Shown: positions 36,329 to 47,368, numbered from the stretch's first letter. The stretch: DNA of 64,000 bases from an uncultured bacterium (GCA_943787795.1 CALSNU010000003.1:32001-96000); one strand, 5' to 3'. Notes: generated from the letters alone by a model not told the origin. Numbers and translations: made by a program.

Positions 36329-36700
36329 ATGATCCAGATGATCGACACGAACGTGCTTGGTGCCCCGCTGGCTCCATGCTGCACCGACCCCATGACGGGC
36401 TTCTTTCGAGACGGCTCCTGTCGGACGGGTCCGGACGACCGAGGGCGTCACACGGTCTGCGCGCGCGTGACCGAGGAATTCCTCCGATTCAGTCAATCCA
36501 TGGGGAATGACCTCTCAACGCCGGTCCCGGAGTACGCGTTCCCTGGCCTCAAGCCAGGCGACTGCTGGTGCCTGTGCGTGCTGAGGTGGAGGGAGGCGAT
36601 GCTGGCAGGGTGCGCTCCCCAGGTACGCCTCGCCTCGACCCACGCGAGCGCCCTCGAGCACGTGTCGCTCGAGGACCTCCAGCGCCACGCGCTGGACTGA
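36329..36700 (+). CDS. DUF2237 family protein
   Basis: NVLG.PL..CC.DPMTGFFRDG.C, H.VCA, GNDLSTP, FPGLKPGD.WCLC..RW. Confidence 0.92.
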   Translation: MIQMIDTNVLGAPLAPCCTDPMTGFFRDGSCRTGPDDRGRHTVCARVTEEFLRFSQSMGNDLSTPVPEYAFPGLKPGDCWCLCVLRWREAMLAGCAPQVRLASTHASALEHVSLEDLQRHALD

Positions 36701-37780
36701 TCAGTCCTCTGCCCAGTTCCCGGAGGGCTGGCCGTCCCGCGAGAAGGTGCGACTCTTGCGGGAGTTGTAGACGCTGACGAAGTAGGTGCAGCGCTTGCAG
36801 ACGTCGGGGTAATCCCCGTCCTCGTGCCTCTCGATGAGCCCGTCGATGCCGGACCCCGCCCAGACCTCGGAGAGCGGGGTCTCGTTGACGTTTCCGACGA
36901 CGAGCTCCGCCTCTACGTCGCGGCATGCGCAGGCGTTGACGTCGCCGTTGGCGAGCACGACCGGCTTGGTGAAGAGGAGCTCGCAGGCGCCCCGCTTGTA
37001 CGGCATCTTGCGCGGCGTGAGGCCCACTCCGTCGAGCGCCTCGGGGGTCACCTTGCCCGCCCACGAGTCGTAGTCGGGCATGTCCGCGATCTCCACGAGT
37101 CCCTTGGACTCCAGCGCGCGGAGCCGGTCCCAGAGCTCGCCGTGGCACGCCGAGGGGGGGCAGCGCAGCGCGAGGGTGAAGGGGATCGGGGACCCGGTCG
37201 TCTCCTTGAGATTGATGAAGTCGAGCACGGCGTCCCTCGCCGCCTCGAACTTCGCGACGCCCATGATCTCGTTCCACGTCGCCGCGTCGAAGCCGCCCCA
37301 GGAGACGTGCACGTGGAGCTTCTCCGCGTAACCCATCAGGCGCTCTGACTTCTCCCGCGTCATCAAGATCGCGTTGGTGTAGAAGCTCATGGACCGGATC
37401 TCGTCGCGCGCCATGAGGTCATCGAGGCGCTCGAACATGTGCTTGTCCACGAACGGGTCGCCGACGATCGGCGTGAGCGACACGCTCCGGCCGCCCATCT
37501 CGACGTACCCGTCGACCACCTTGCGGAAGTCGTCCATGGACATCGTCGTCTTGCGGCGCTCCATCTGCGGGTAGGCGCAGAAGACACAGCTTGCGTTGCA
37601 GATGTTGGTCCCCTCCACGTGCAGCCCCCTGGGGAGCTTGCGGAGTTCCTCGAGCCTGCGACGGATCGCCTTGCGGTGGAAGAGGTGGTGCCACTCGGTA
37701 TCCACCACGTCGAGGGCGTGGCGGAGCCGCCCCCTCAGGGAGGCGGGCAGGAGAGCTCGGACCTGGCTTCGAATGGACAT
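36701..37780 (-). CDS. Radical SAM enzyme with SPASM/twitch domain
   Basis: CNASCVFC, GDPF, YTNA; C-terminal CELLF...NGDVNACAC...W...CKRC; start ATG 37780. Confidence 0.9.
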   Translation of the reverse strand: MSIRSQVRALLPASLRGRLRHALDVVDTEWHHLFHRKAIRRRLEELRKLPRGLHVEGTNICNASCVFCAYPQMERRKTTMSMDDFRKVVDGYVEMGGRSVSLTPIVGDPFVDKHMFERLDDLMARDEIRSMSFYTNAILMTREKSERLMGYAEKLHVHVSWGGFDAATWNEIMGVAKFEAARDAVLDFINLKETTGSPIPFTLALRCPPSACHGELWDRLRALESKGLVEIADMPDYDSWAGKVTPEALDGVGLTPRKMPYKRGACELLFTKPVVLANGDVNACACRDVEAELVVGNVNETPLSEVWAGSGIDGLIERHEDGDYPDVCKRCTYFVSVYNSRKSRTFSRDGQPSGNWAED

Positions 37781-37846
37781 GCAGATGGAGTCTACCCCGC
37801 CACGGGCCTGGAATTTCTGGTGTCGCGGCTCAGTCGCTTGCGGGTT

Positions 37847-38059
37847 CCCCAGGCTCCGCACGGCTACCCCAGGCTCCGCACGGCTACCCCAGGCTCCGCA
37901 CGGCTACCCCAGGCTCCGCACGGCTACCCCAGGCTCCGCACGGCTACCCCAGGCTCCGCACGGCTACCCCAGGCTCCGCACGGCTACCCCAGGCTCCGCA
38001 CGGCTACCCCAGGCTCCGCACGGCTACCCCAGGCTCCGCACGGTTACCCCAGGCTCCGC
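37847..38059. repeat. 20-bp near-perfect tandem array (CCCCAGGCTCCGCACGGCTA) x10 plus a partial unit
   Basis: One substitution in the last full unit; no spacers. Confidence 0.97.
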
Positions 38060-38321
38060 GCGGAGCCTGCGGCGACCGAGGGTCGCGGAGTGAGATCATC
38101 CACAGGGCGTCCCGGTCTGGGTGAGCCCTCGAGTCGAGCCACGGAATCCGCTCCACTGCGCTCGGGCTCCGTGACCCCGCGTCGCCAAGGGCGAGCAGCT
38201 GGGCGCTGGGCCCCTGGGGCCGGGCCCTGCGGGTCAGCGATTGAGACCTGATTCATGGCGCTTATCCCATGACGCTCACCTGCGGTGTCCGTCTTCGAGG
38301 TGGCCTTCCGCCCGACGTTCC

Positions 38322-38408
38322 CTGGCCTGCGGCCTCCAGGGTGCTCTGGCCTGCGGCCTCCAGGGAGCTCTGGCCTGCGGCCTCCAGGGTGCTCTGGCCT
38401 GCGGCCTC
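38322..38408. repeat. 24-bp tandem repeat x3.6 (CTGGCCTGCGGCCTCCAGGGTGCT)
   Basis: Read directly. Confidence 0.9.
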
Positions 38409-38530
38409 TCGGCAGTGCGGGTGGCGCGGCAGGGCAGGCCCGCCCGGGAGCGAAAACGCCCCAGCAATGCAGGCAGCGCGGAGCCGTGACCGGATCCGCG
38501 CTGCCTGAAGCGTGGTGGGCCGTGACGGGG

Positions 38531-39397
38531 TCACTTCTTCGGCATGACCTGGTCGCGGAGCCAGGAAGAGGTGCACGTCTTCAGGCGCTTGTCCTTCAGG
38601 ATGGTCGCCGAGTCGCTCTTGAGGGCGTTGATCTCCACGAACTCGAGGCCCTCATTGACCTCATGGGCGGAGGCCTGGATCTCATCCGCGGCGTCGCGGG
38701 ATGACTTGGGGGCGAGGATCAGGGTGGGGAGCCCGCCCAGGTCGCCGACCCCGCCGCTGACGTCAAAGCCGAGGGACTCCTTGGCCGGATCGATGAGCAC
38801 AATCGCGCGGACGTTGTCGTCCTTGGCGGCGCGCCGTACGACGAGGGCCGCGCCAGCACCGACGCCCACGAGCGAGAGGTTGGACGCGTGGACGCCGTTC
38901 TGCTTGAGGAGGAACTTGGTCGCTGCGTCGACGTCGCGGGTGCTCATGGCCCACAGGTTCTCGCGCGCCTTCTCGTCCGCCTTCTCGAAGTTGGTGTCCT
39001 CGGTGGCGCTCGCGCCGTGCCCGCGGAGATCGAGGGTCAGGACCGCGAAGCCCTTCTTGTGCAGGTAAGCCGCCATCTCCGCGAGCTCCTCGCGGGAGGA
39101 GCCGGCGTCATGCAGCAGCATGGCGGCGGGAGCGGGGGGCGAGCTCTTGCGGCGCTTGGGCTCGTAGTAGCTGGCCGACAGGAGCTGTCGGTCCTTGGTC
39201 TCCAGCGAAACGGAGTTGGAGGAGTCAATTCCCGCAGCGGCGGCCGTCGCCAGCGGCGCGGCGGCGGTGGGCAGGAGCGGCGCGGTGGCTCTTCCGAACG
39301 GATCGACGGGGCCAGACGGAACGACGGGGCCAGACGATGCGACAGCAGCGACGACCAGGGCGAGGCTCGGGAGCATGAAGTGAAATCTGCGGGGCAA
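38531..39397 (-). CDS. Secreted alpha/beta-hydrolase-fold protein lacking the nucleophile
   Basis: LLHDAG, LDLRGHGAS, elbow LVGVGAGA (GxSxG with Ser replaced by Gly), IVLIDP; start 39397 or 39376. Confidence 0.8.
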   Translation of the reverse strand: MPRRFHFMLPSLALVVAAVASSGPVVPSGPVDPFGRATAPLLPTAAAPLATAAAAGIDSSNSVSLETKDRQLLSASYYEPKRRKSSPPAPAAMLLHDAGSSREELAEMAAYLHKKGFAVLTLDLRGHGASATEDTNFEKADEKARENLWAMSTRDVDAATKFLLKQNGVHASNLSLVGVGAGAALVVRRAAKDDNVRAIVLIDPAKESLGFDVSGGVGDLGGLPTLILAPKSSRDAADEIQASAHEVNEGLEFVEINALKSDSATILKDKRLKTCTSSWLRDQVMPKK

Positions 39398-39724
39398 CGA
39401 AGCACCCGCTGATCGGCAGCCCTCAGGGCGCCTGCATCATCGGGTGGTGGGGGATCAGTTGGAGAAGCTCGTCCCGGAGGGGAGCGTCGCGGGCGAAGAC
39501 CATACCAGACCTCACCGGGCGATTGCCTCCACTAGGCACGCTCCATCCGCGCGGGTACCCACCGATCTGTCACTTTTGGCCGGTAATCCACCTCGGGGAC
39601 AGTTTCCGGACGGGCTCCGACCGGGTTCCGAATGCCTGGGGCTCCGCTCGACCCGAACCCGCGCCCGGCCTCGGGGGCCGTTTCGAGACGAGCCCTCTGG
39701 GCAAGGCCTGGGCTCACCGCAGGA

Positions 39725-42394
39725 CTAGCCGAGGGCCAGCTGCTTCCGAGCGTCGACCTCGTCGCGGTTCATCGCCTCGACGGCCTCGTCCAGGCGGTCG
39801 ACGATGTCCCAGTCCCGGTCGACCGAGCGACGGACGTTGCGCATGAGCTGGATGGCCATGCGGAAGACCCGGCAGACGTCGCCTGGGTTCACCTCGAGCT
39901 GCTCCTCGAGCTCATCCATGGAGAGCCCTCCGAACCAGCCCAGGGTCGCCGGGGTCAGGCCCCAGTCGGGCCGCTTCATGGGCGGCTCGATCCCGAACCG
40001 GGCCTCGGCCTGGCAGATCTCGCCGACCACCGAGTCGATGTGACGCCGGGTGCCGCCGAACATGGAGGCCGGGACCCATGGGCGCTGGGCGGCCCGTCGC
40101 TCCTCGTGGATCATGGCCACGAAGACCATGGCCAGGGCCTTGGGCGGGAGCGTCTCCAGCGTGCCCTTGAAGAGTAGCTCCGTCATCTGCAGCTCGTAGC
40201 CGCCCAGGCAGCGGGCGATCTCGCCCTTGCCCGTCACGGCCTGGTCCTTGATGTAGCCGAGCTCCTCGAGGAGGTCGAGGTGCCTGCCGATCAGGCGCAT
40301 CTGCTCCCGCCGCTGGCGCTCCCTCGCCTTGGTGTTCTTCTCACGGTTCTGGAAGGAGTGGAACGACTTCTCCCAGGCCTCGTGCACGCGGTCGCGGCCT
40401 ACCCGGGACACGAGGTGGAGCAGGGTGGAGTAGTTCATCCGGAAGCGGCTCATGACCGCCTCCGGGCGGCCGCCCACCCAGCGCTCGACCGGCGCGTCCT
40501 TGAGCTCCTGATCAGGGAGTAGCTGGAACACGAAGCCCTTGTCGTCGATGCCTTGCCGCCCCGCGCGGCCGGCCATCTGCATATAGTCGCGGGTCCGCAG
40601 CCAGTCGAAGGAGATCCCGTCGAACTTGCGCAGGCCAGCGAAGACCACGGCCCGCGCGGGCATGTTGATGCCCAGGGCGAAGGTCTCGGTCGTGAAGAGC
40701 ATCTTCAGGAGGCCGGCGGTGAACATGCGCTCGACGACCTCCTTGTAGATGGGGAGCATCCCGGCGTGGTGGTACGCCACGCCGGAGCGAGCCATACGGA
40801 ATACCTCTCCCTCGAGGTGTCCGCGGCCGAGGTCAAAGGACGTCAGCAGCTCCTCCTGGAGCTCGGCCATGCGCCTCGACTGCTCGGTGGTCAGCAGGTC
40901 ACGGTTCTCGTTCTTGCGCGCCAGGCGCTCGCAGTCCTTGCGCGAGAAGGAGAACACGAGGGCCGGCAGAAGCTCTCGATCCACCAGCTCGTCGAAGAGC
41001 GGGCGGGGATCGGGCGGTTCCGGGCGCCCGAAGCCGCGTCCACGGCCGCGCCCCCCGCGCCCGCGCCGTCGGCGACGGCGCGGAGCCTCCTTGGCCGCCG
41101 CGGTCTCGGCCCGCTTGCGCGCCCGCTTGATGCCCGATGGATCGAAGGTGCTCGCCTCTGGCGTGTGGACCCAGTGGGAGAGGGGCACCGGGCGGCGGTC
41201 GTCGATGATCACGTCGACGTCCTGGGGCCGGATCTCCTCCATCCACGCGCCGAGTTCCTCCACATTGGCGATCGTCGCGGAGAGGGCGATGATCCGCGCC
41301 TTGGGCGGCATGAAGATCAGGCTCTCCTCCCAGACCGTGCCCCGCTCTCGGTCATCGAGGTAGTGGACCTCGTCAAAGACCACGTAGGCGACGTCGTCCA
41401 GGAGCCGTGGGTTCTCGAAGATGGCGTTGCGCAGGATCTCCGTGGTCATGATGAGCACCCGCGCCGACTGGTGAATCGTCACGTCGCCGGTCATGAGCCC
41501 GACGTCGATCATCGGGTCATCGCGGAAGTCTCGGTACTTCTGGTTGGAGAGCGCCTTGATCGGGGCGGTGTAGATGCAGCGCTTGCCGGAGCGCACTGCG
41601 ACCTCGATGGCGTACTCCGCGACGAGCGTCTTCCCTGCGCCTGTGGGCGCGGAGACGAGGACGTTTCGACCCTCGCGGATCGCGTCCACGGCCTTCAGCT
41701 GGAAGTGAGAGAGCTTGAAGCCCTTCCAGCCGACGACCCTGCCGTCGGGGCCGAAGACCTCGGTGGGGGGCGGGAGCTCACCTGGGGTTGTGGGCCCAGA
41801 GGGACCGGCCCGTTCGGTGGAGATCCCTGACCCCGTGGCCGAGGGCGCGCTGGTGGGCTCGAGCGCTTGGCTGGGCGCTCCGCTGGGGACTCCGCTGGGC
41901 GCTCCGCTGGGGACCCCGCTGGGGGCGGCGGTTCGCTCGCCCCCGTCCTCGGACGGGCGACGCTCCCGGGCGCGGCCGTCCTCCTGGCGGTCACCGCGGG
42001 CTCGGCGCCGCGGCTTGCGGTCCGCCGATGCACGACCGCCCCGGTCTTCGCTGGCGGCATCGGACCCCACCGGCTCTTCACCGGTCGAGCCGACCCTCTC
42101 CTGAGCGTCTGCGGCGCGCGCCGGATCACCCTCCCTCTCGCGCCTCCGCGTGCGACCGCCCCTGCGTCGTCGCCGGCCACCGGACTCGCGTCGCGGCTCG
42201 CCCTCGGTGAGAGGCTCGGCGGTGGGCTCGGCGGTGGGCTCGGCGGGGGGCTCGGCGGTGGGCTCGGCGGGGGGCTCGCTGGCAGGCTCGGGAGCGACCT
42301 CTGCCTCGGGGTCAGGGCCGAGGTAGCCGAAGGGAAGCGCCCCGCCAGGGGGCCGGCCGCCCTCGTCCGGCGGAGTCTGGTCGTTGGATGACAT
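39725..42394 (-). CDS. Ski2-like DEVH helicase (HelY type) with DSHCT C-terminus
   Basis: APTGAGKT, YTAPIKALSNQK, MTTEILRN, DEVHY..DRERG.VWEE, LSAT, TETFALGINMPAR, QMAGRAGRQG. Confidence 0.92.
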   Translation of the reverse strand: MSSNDQTPPDEGGRPPGGALPFGYLGPDPEAEVAPEPASEPPAEPTAEPPAEPTAEPTAEPLTEGEPRRESGGRRRRRGGRTRRREREGDPARAADAQERVGSTGEEPVGSDAASEDRGGRASADRKPRRRARGDRQEDGRARERRPSEDGGERTAAPSGVPSGAPSGVPSGAPSQALEPTSAPSATGSGISTERAGPSGPTTPGELPPPTEVFGPDGRVVGWKGFKLSHFQLKAVDAIREGRNVLVSAPTGAGKTLVAEYAIEVAVRSGKRCIYTAPIKALSNQKYRDFRDDPMIDVGLMTGDVTIHQSARVLIMTTEILRNAIFENPRLLDDVAYVVFDEVHYLDDRERGTVWEESLIFMPPKARIIALSATIANVEELGAWMEEIRPQDVDVIIDDRRPVPLSHWVHTPEASTFDPSGIKRARKRAETAAAKEAPRRRRRRGRGGRGRGRGFGRPEPPDPRPLFDELVDRELLPALVFSFSRKDCERLARKNENRDLLTTEQSRRMAELQEELLTSFDLGRGHLEGEVFRMARSGVAYHHAGMLPIYKEVVERMFTAGLLKMLFTTETFALGINMPARAVVFAGLRKFDGISFDWLRTRDYMQMAGRAGRQGIDDKGFVFQLLPDQELKDAPVERWVGGRPEAVMSRFRMNYSTLLHLVSRVGRDRVHEAWEKSFHSFQNREKNTKARERQRREQMRLIGRHLDLLEELGYIKDQAVTGKGEIARCLGGYELQMTELLFKGTLETLPPKALAMVFVAMIHEERRAAQRPWVPASMFGGTRRHIDSVVGEICQAEARFGIEPPMKRPDWGLTPATLGWFGGLSMDELEEQLEVNPGDVCRVFRMAIQLMRNVRRSVDRDWDIVDRLDEAVEAMNRDEVDARKQLALG

Positions 42395-42510
42395 CGTTGA
42401 ATGGAATGTGCCGCTCGGCTCCTCCGGTCGCCACCTTCGAGTCCCCGAACCCTCATGGTCCTTCCCATTCCACTCCCAGGAGTCCGTCGGCCCCGGGGGG
42501 AGCCAGGCTC

Positions 42511-42576
42511 AGAGTCGAGCGGGCCCCAGAGGCGAGCGGGCCCCAGAGTCGAGCGAGCCCCAGAGTCGAGCGAGCC
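42511..42576. repeat. 17-bp tandem repeat, about 4 units (AGAGTCGAGCGRGCCCC)
   Basis: Units start at 42511, 42528, 42545, 42562. Confidence 0.85.
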
Positions 42577-42720
42577 AGGGCTAAGGGACCCCGGGACTGG
42601 AGGGGACAGGGCGGAGGATGAGCAGAAGGCGGGGCTGGTAGGGGGGGCCGACGAGCACGGTTTCTGATCCAGGGAAGGCGCCAAACACCCGGCCACCCCG
42701 CGGCCCGGCGCATCCGCGAT

Positions 42721-42768
42721 CCCAGCGACCCAGCGACCCAGCGACCCCGCGACCCCGCGACCCCGCGA
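42721..42768. repeat. 8-bp tandem repeat x6 (CCCAGCGA x3, CCCCGCGA x3)
   Basis: Read directly. Confidence 0.85.
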
Positions 42769-42925
42769 GCGCAGCAACGAGGGCCGGGAAGCGTCATGAA
42801 GACGGAGCGGCGAACGCCGGTCAATGGCCGGGCGGCGCGCTGCGGTCGCCTGGGCGCCGCGGCCTGCCTGGATCAGGCGTCGGGCACCAACTGCAGGGCT
42901 CGACGGCCGCGAAGCGTCGGAGGGA

Positions 42926-43567
42926 TCACTCGGCCTTCAGGTGGCCCGTGCGGACGAAGATGAGGGTCTCTTCCTCCACGTAGGGGTGGTGCACCGAGAG
43001 GTGAGGGCTCCGCAGCCAGGTACCCGCGGGGTAGCTGCCGTGCTCGTCCTGAAACGTGCCAGAGAGCACCAGGATCTCCTCGCCACCGAAGTGCTGGTGC
43101 CGCACGAACCGCTCATTGCTGGGCCAGCGGACCAGGGCTGCGCCGTGTCGCGGGTCGTCGGCCAGCGGCTTGACCTGGAGGCCCCCGTGGCCGGGAAGCC
43201 ACGGGTGACCCGCCGAGGCCACGTGCAATGGGGGGAGGTCGGCGCCAGGGGTGCCGGCGGGGTAGCTCTTGACGAACAGCGTGCAGCCCTCGGCGCTGGT
43301 GGTGATCTCACCGGAGCTCGACGGGAGGCGGCCGTACTCCTGGCAGGAGAGCTCGCCGCGCGCGGTGGACCAGGTCCCCTCCAGCACCAGCACCGCGACG
43401 CCGTCGAGCGGGGCCCATCGGGTACCCGCCGCCAGCCGCACCCTCGCGGTGCGAGCGGAGTCCTGAGCGTCCGGGGGCGCGAGCAGTTGTTCCTCGACGC
43501 CGGGCGCGCCCTCCGGTGCCCAGGGGAGCTCTCTTGTGTCCTGCCGAAGGTGTTCGAGCTGGGTCAT
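42926..43567 (-). CDS. ChrR-like cupin domain protein (two cupin repeats)
   Basis: HQHFGGEEILVLSGTFQDEHGSYPAGTWLRSPH...H; the N-terminal cupin lacks the His ligands. Confidence 0.85.
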   Translation of the reverse strand: MTQLEHLRQDTRELPWAPEGAPGVEEQLLAPPDAQDSARTARVRLAAGTRWAPLDGVAVLVLEGTWSTARGELSCQEYGRLPSSSGEITTSAEGCTLFVKSYPAGTPGADLPPLHVASAGHPWLPGHGGLQVKPLADDPRHGAALVRWPSNERFVRHQHFGGEEILVLSGTFQDEHGSYPAGTWLRSPHLSVHHPYVEEETLIFVRTGHLKAE

Positions 43568-43732
43568 TGGGCGAGCATCCTAGGGCATCTCGCCGGCCCT
43601 CTGGGCGCATCCACCGGTCCCGTGCACGCCGCGAGGTGCTCTGCACCGCACCCCGCGCGGAGGTCCGCGATCTGCCGCCCGCGATGCGAGGGTTTCAGCC
43701 TCGCGGGGGCGGTGGTCGATAGGCCTGGAACG

Positions 43733-45112
<1,380 letters not shown>

Positions 45113-45420
45113 GCGGCCGGGGGCCAGGCCTGCGCGGGCCGACCTGGGGGGCGGAAGGCGCCGGCCTGAGAGGGGCTCGCCTGATCGCAAGCCGTGCGCT
45201 GGGTGTCCACCCTGACCGAGGTCCAGCGTCCGTGGCCAGGCCATGCACTCGGTCCCCTGCGACTGGCCCGCGGCGAAGGTCGAGAGGCGTGAGCCGCGGC
45301 CCCCTCGACCCGCGATCCGTGCGCGGCTAGCGGGGCCGCGACGGTCGGGGATCGGCGGCCGCCGCCGCGGACCGGCGCTGGGACCGTTCACGAAGAGGCG
45401 GGGGCAGGGGTAGAACAATG

Positions 45421-45551
45421 CCAGCGGCCAACGGCGAGTGAGCCGGCGTCCGGCGATGGGGGACGCCTGTCGGCGCGCCGCGGATCTTGGCCTGCGGCAA
45501 TCGGCCGCACCCTCGCGGCGCAGGCGTCGCCTGTCGGGGAAGCGGCGCTGG
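45421..45551. ncRNA. Candidate structured RNA (long nested rod)
   Basis: Nested helices 45454-60/45530-36, 45462-68/45522-28, 45475-82/45514-21, 45493-98/45504-09, plus outer CCAGCG/CGCTGG; family not recognised. Confidence 0.25.
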
Positions 45552-45718
45552 TCCCAGGCTGGCGCCTCCGGCGCTGCAATCCGATTTGCTCGACCCGTCG
45601 CCTCTGCCTGACGCTTAGCTTCCAACGCGCAGCGCGATCCGGCACGCCGTCGGCACCCATCACCGCGCCCAACCATCCTCAAGTCCCGGGGCCTGACCAC
45701 CACGCGGCCTTGACCAAC

Positions 45719-45766
45719 TCATGGCCTTGATCAACCTACGGGTCATGGCCTTGATCAACCTACGGG
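45719..45766. repeat. Exact 24-bp duplication (TCATGGCCTTGATCAACCTACGGG x2) in a 5' region
   Basis: Read directly; contains the palindrome TTGATCAA. Confidence 0.9.
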
Positions 45767-45776
45767 CCTGACCACC

Positions 45777-46760
45777 ATGAAGCTCTCTGCTCCCACGCTC
45801 CTCGCCGTCCCTGTCGCCCTGTCCCTCGGCGTGGCGACGGCTGCGCCCCAGACCGACCTGACGACCAACGGTGGCTTCGAGACCGGCGACACCAGCTCGT
45901 GGGTGTCCTTCCCCACTCCCAACTCCACCTTCGCCGCCACGACGGATGCCAGCAGCGGCAGCTTCGGAGGGGAGGTCTTCAACCCCGACCAGACCACCGC
46001 GGCCGTCATCAAGCAGGCGAACCTCGGGGGTGGCGTGGTGAGCCCGGGGGACGTGATCACGATCAGCTTCTCGGCCAAGGGCACCTTCGCCAACGGCGGC
46101 GTGGCGTTCGCGGAGTTCTTCTCCGAGATCAACGGCGGCGGCGTCTCGTCGGCTGAGATCCTCACCGGTGGACCCCTGAACCTGACCAGCTCCTGGCAGC
46201 CGTTCGTCTTCACCGCGGTGGCGGGGTCGGATGTCAGCGGCGGCGTGACGCTGCAGTTCGCGGTGGTCAACGGCGCGAACAGCGGAAGCCTGGCCCAGTT
46301 CTTCGTGGACGAGGTCTCCGTGACGCTCCCGGGGCTCGGCGCCAACTACTGCGGCGCCAACCAGAACAGCCTCGGCCTCGAGGCCTCGATCAGCGCCCAG
46401 GGCAGCGCCGTCGCGTCGGATAACAACCTGACCCTGGTGGCGAGCAGCCTGGCGCCCGGATCATTCGGGTTCTTCCTCACCAGCCAGACCACCGGGCTCG
46501 CCTCGAACCCCGGCGGGAGCCAGGGCAACCTCTGCCTTGGCGGCTCGATCGGGCGCTATGTGGGCCCCGGGCAGATCCAGCAGGCGGACTCCGTCGGGGA
46601 GATCGCTCTCCCCCTCGACCTGACGGCGATTCCCCAGCCGACTGGATTCGCGTCGGCGGCGGCAGGAGACACCTGGAGCTTCCAGGCCTGGTATCGAGAC
46701 TCGGTCGCCGGGCAGCCGACGTCCAACTTCACCGATGGATTGACGGTCGACTTCCAGTGA
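45777..46760 (+). CDS. Secreted protein: CBM4/9-like jelly-roll plus the same 140-aa C-terminal domain as 34820..36016
   Basis: Signal peptide, TNGGFETGD..W, LTSSWQ.F, FFVDEVSV; shared C-terminal domain. Confidence 0.85.
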   Translation: MKLSAPTLLAVPVALSLGVATAAPQTDLTTNGGFETGDTSSWVSFPTPNSTFAATTDASSGSFGGEVFNPDQTTAAVIKQANLGGGVVSPGDVITISFSAKGTFANGGVAFAEFFSEINGGGVSSAEILTGGPLNLTSSWQPFVFTAVAGSDVSGGVTLQFAVVNGANSGSLAQFFVDEVSVTLPGLGANYCGANQNSLGLEASISAQGSAVASDNNLTLVASSLAPGSFGFFLTSQTTGLASNPGGSQGNLCLGGSIGRYVGPGQIQQADSVGEIALPLDLTAIPQPTGFASAAAGDTWSFQAWYRDSVAGQPTSNFTDGLTVDFQ

Positions 46761-47009
46761 TCCCATGCCTCCCCTCTATCCGGCATCGCGGACAGGGGGA
46801 GCAGGGGGCCCGCCGACCACGGCGCCGTTGACCGGCGGGGCAGGTCTTGGTGCGGCGTGAGCGGCTTCAGGTCCGGCCTCCCGAGTTCCCGGCCTCCCGG
46901 GCCCTCGGGCCCTCGGGCACCTCGGCTACCGAGCACCCGGGGACCTCGGCTCCAGGCCGCTCGAGCGGGGGGGCCCGGCTCGCCGGTTCAATCCAGGGCG
47001 TCGCGGCGA

Positions 47010-47075
47010 TGGGACCCCGAGAGTGGGACCCCGAGAGTGGGACCCCGAGAGTGGGACCCCGAAAGTGGGACCCCG
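47010..47075. repeat. 14-bp tandem repeat x4.7 (TGGGACCCCGAGAG)
   Basis: Read directly. Confidence 0.9.
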
Positions 47076-47209
47076 GAAGGAAGTCCGCTCGGGCGAGCGA
47101 TCCCGGACCCCTCCAGTCGTCCCGCGCTCCGGTCGGCGCACGCTCTGACGCCAGGAAGGGCCCGGCCGGTGTCCCGATGCCGATGCGGCCAGGCCCGGAG
47201 TGGCCGACC

Positions 47210-47278
47210 CGGTAGGCCAACTCGGTAGGCCAACTCGGTAGGCCAACTCGGTAGGCCAACCCGGTAGGCCAACCCGGT
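47210..47278. repeat. 13-bp tandem repeat, about 5.3 units (CGGTAGGCCAACY)
   Basis: Read directly. Confidence 0.9.
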
Positions 47279-47296
47279 GGCCGCGCTGGTGGGGGC

Positions 47297-47368
47297 CAGC
47301 AGTGGAGTCAGCAGTGGAGTCGGCAGTGGAGTCAGCAGTGAGGTCAGCGGTAAGGCCAGCAGTGGGGC
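47297..47368. repeat. 12-bp tandem repeat x6 (CAGCAGTGGAGT, degenerating towards the 3' end)
   Basis: Read directly. Confidence 0.85.

Noticed and set aside
37847..38059. Possible CRISPR array
   Set aside because: Head-to-tail 20-mers with no unique spacers and no cas genes in the window.
37439..38576. Small repeat-encoded ORFs (for example a RiPP precursor for the radical SAM enzyme)
   Set aside because: The 20-bp unit is not a multiple of three, so the peptides cycle through frames; no RBS or coding signal.
42824..43732. N-terminal 300 aa of the 762-aa ORF
   Set aside because: Antisense to the cupin gene; the real membrane protein starts at or after 43733.
45576..45590. LacI-type operator TGCAATCCGATTTGC
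   Set aside because: Imperfect symmetry, no second copy at the glucan locus and no LacI gene in the window.
47070..47095. SRP RNA or RNase P-like motif CCGGAAGGAAGTCC
   Set aside because: It lacks the SRP CAGG...GCAGC context and the RNase P GAGGAAAGTCC motif; it arises at the end of a tandem repeat.
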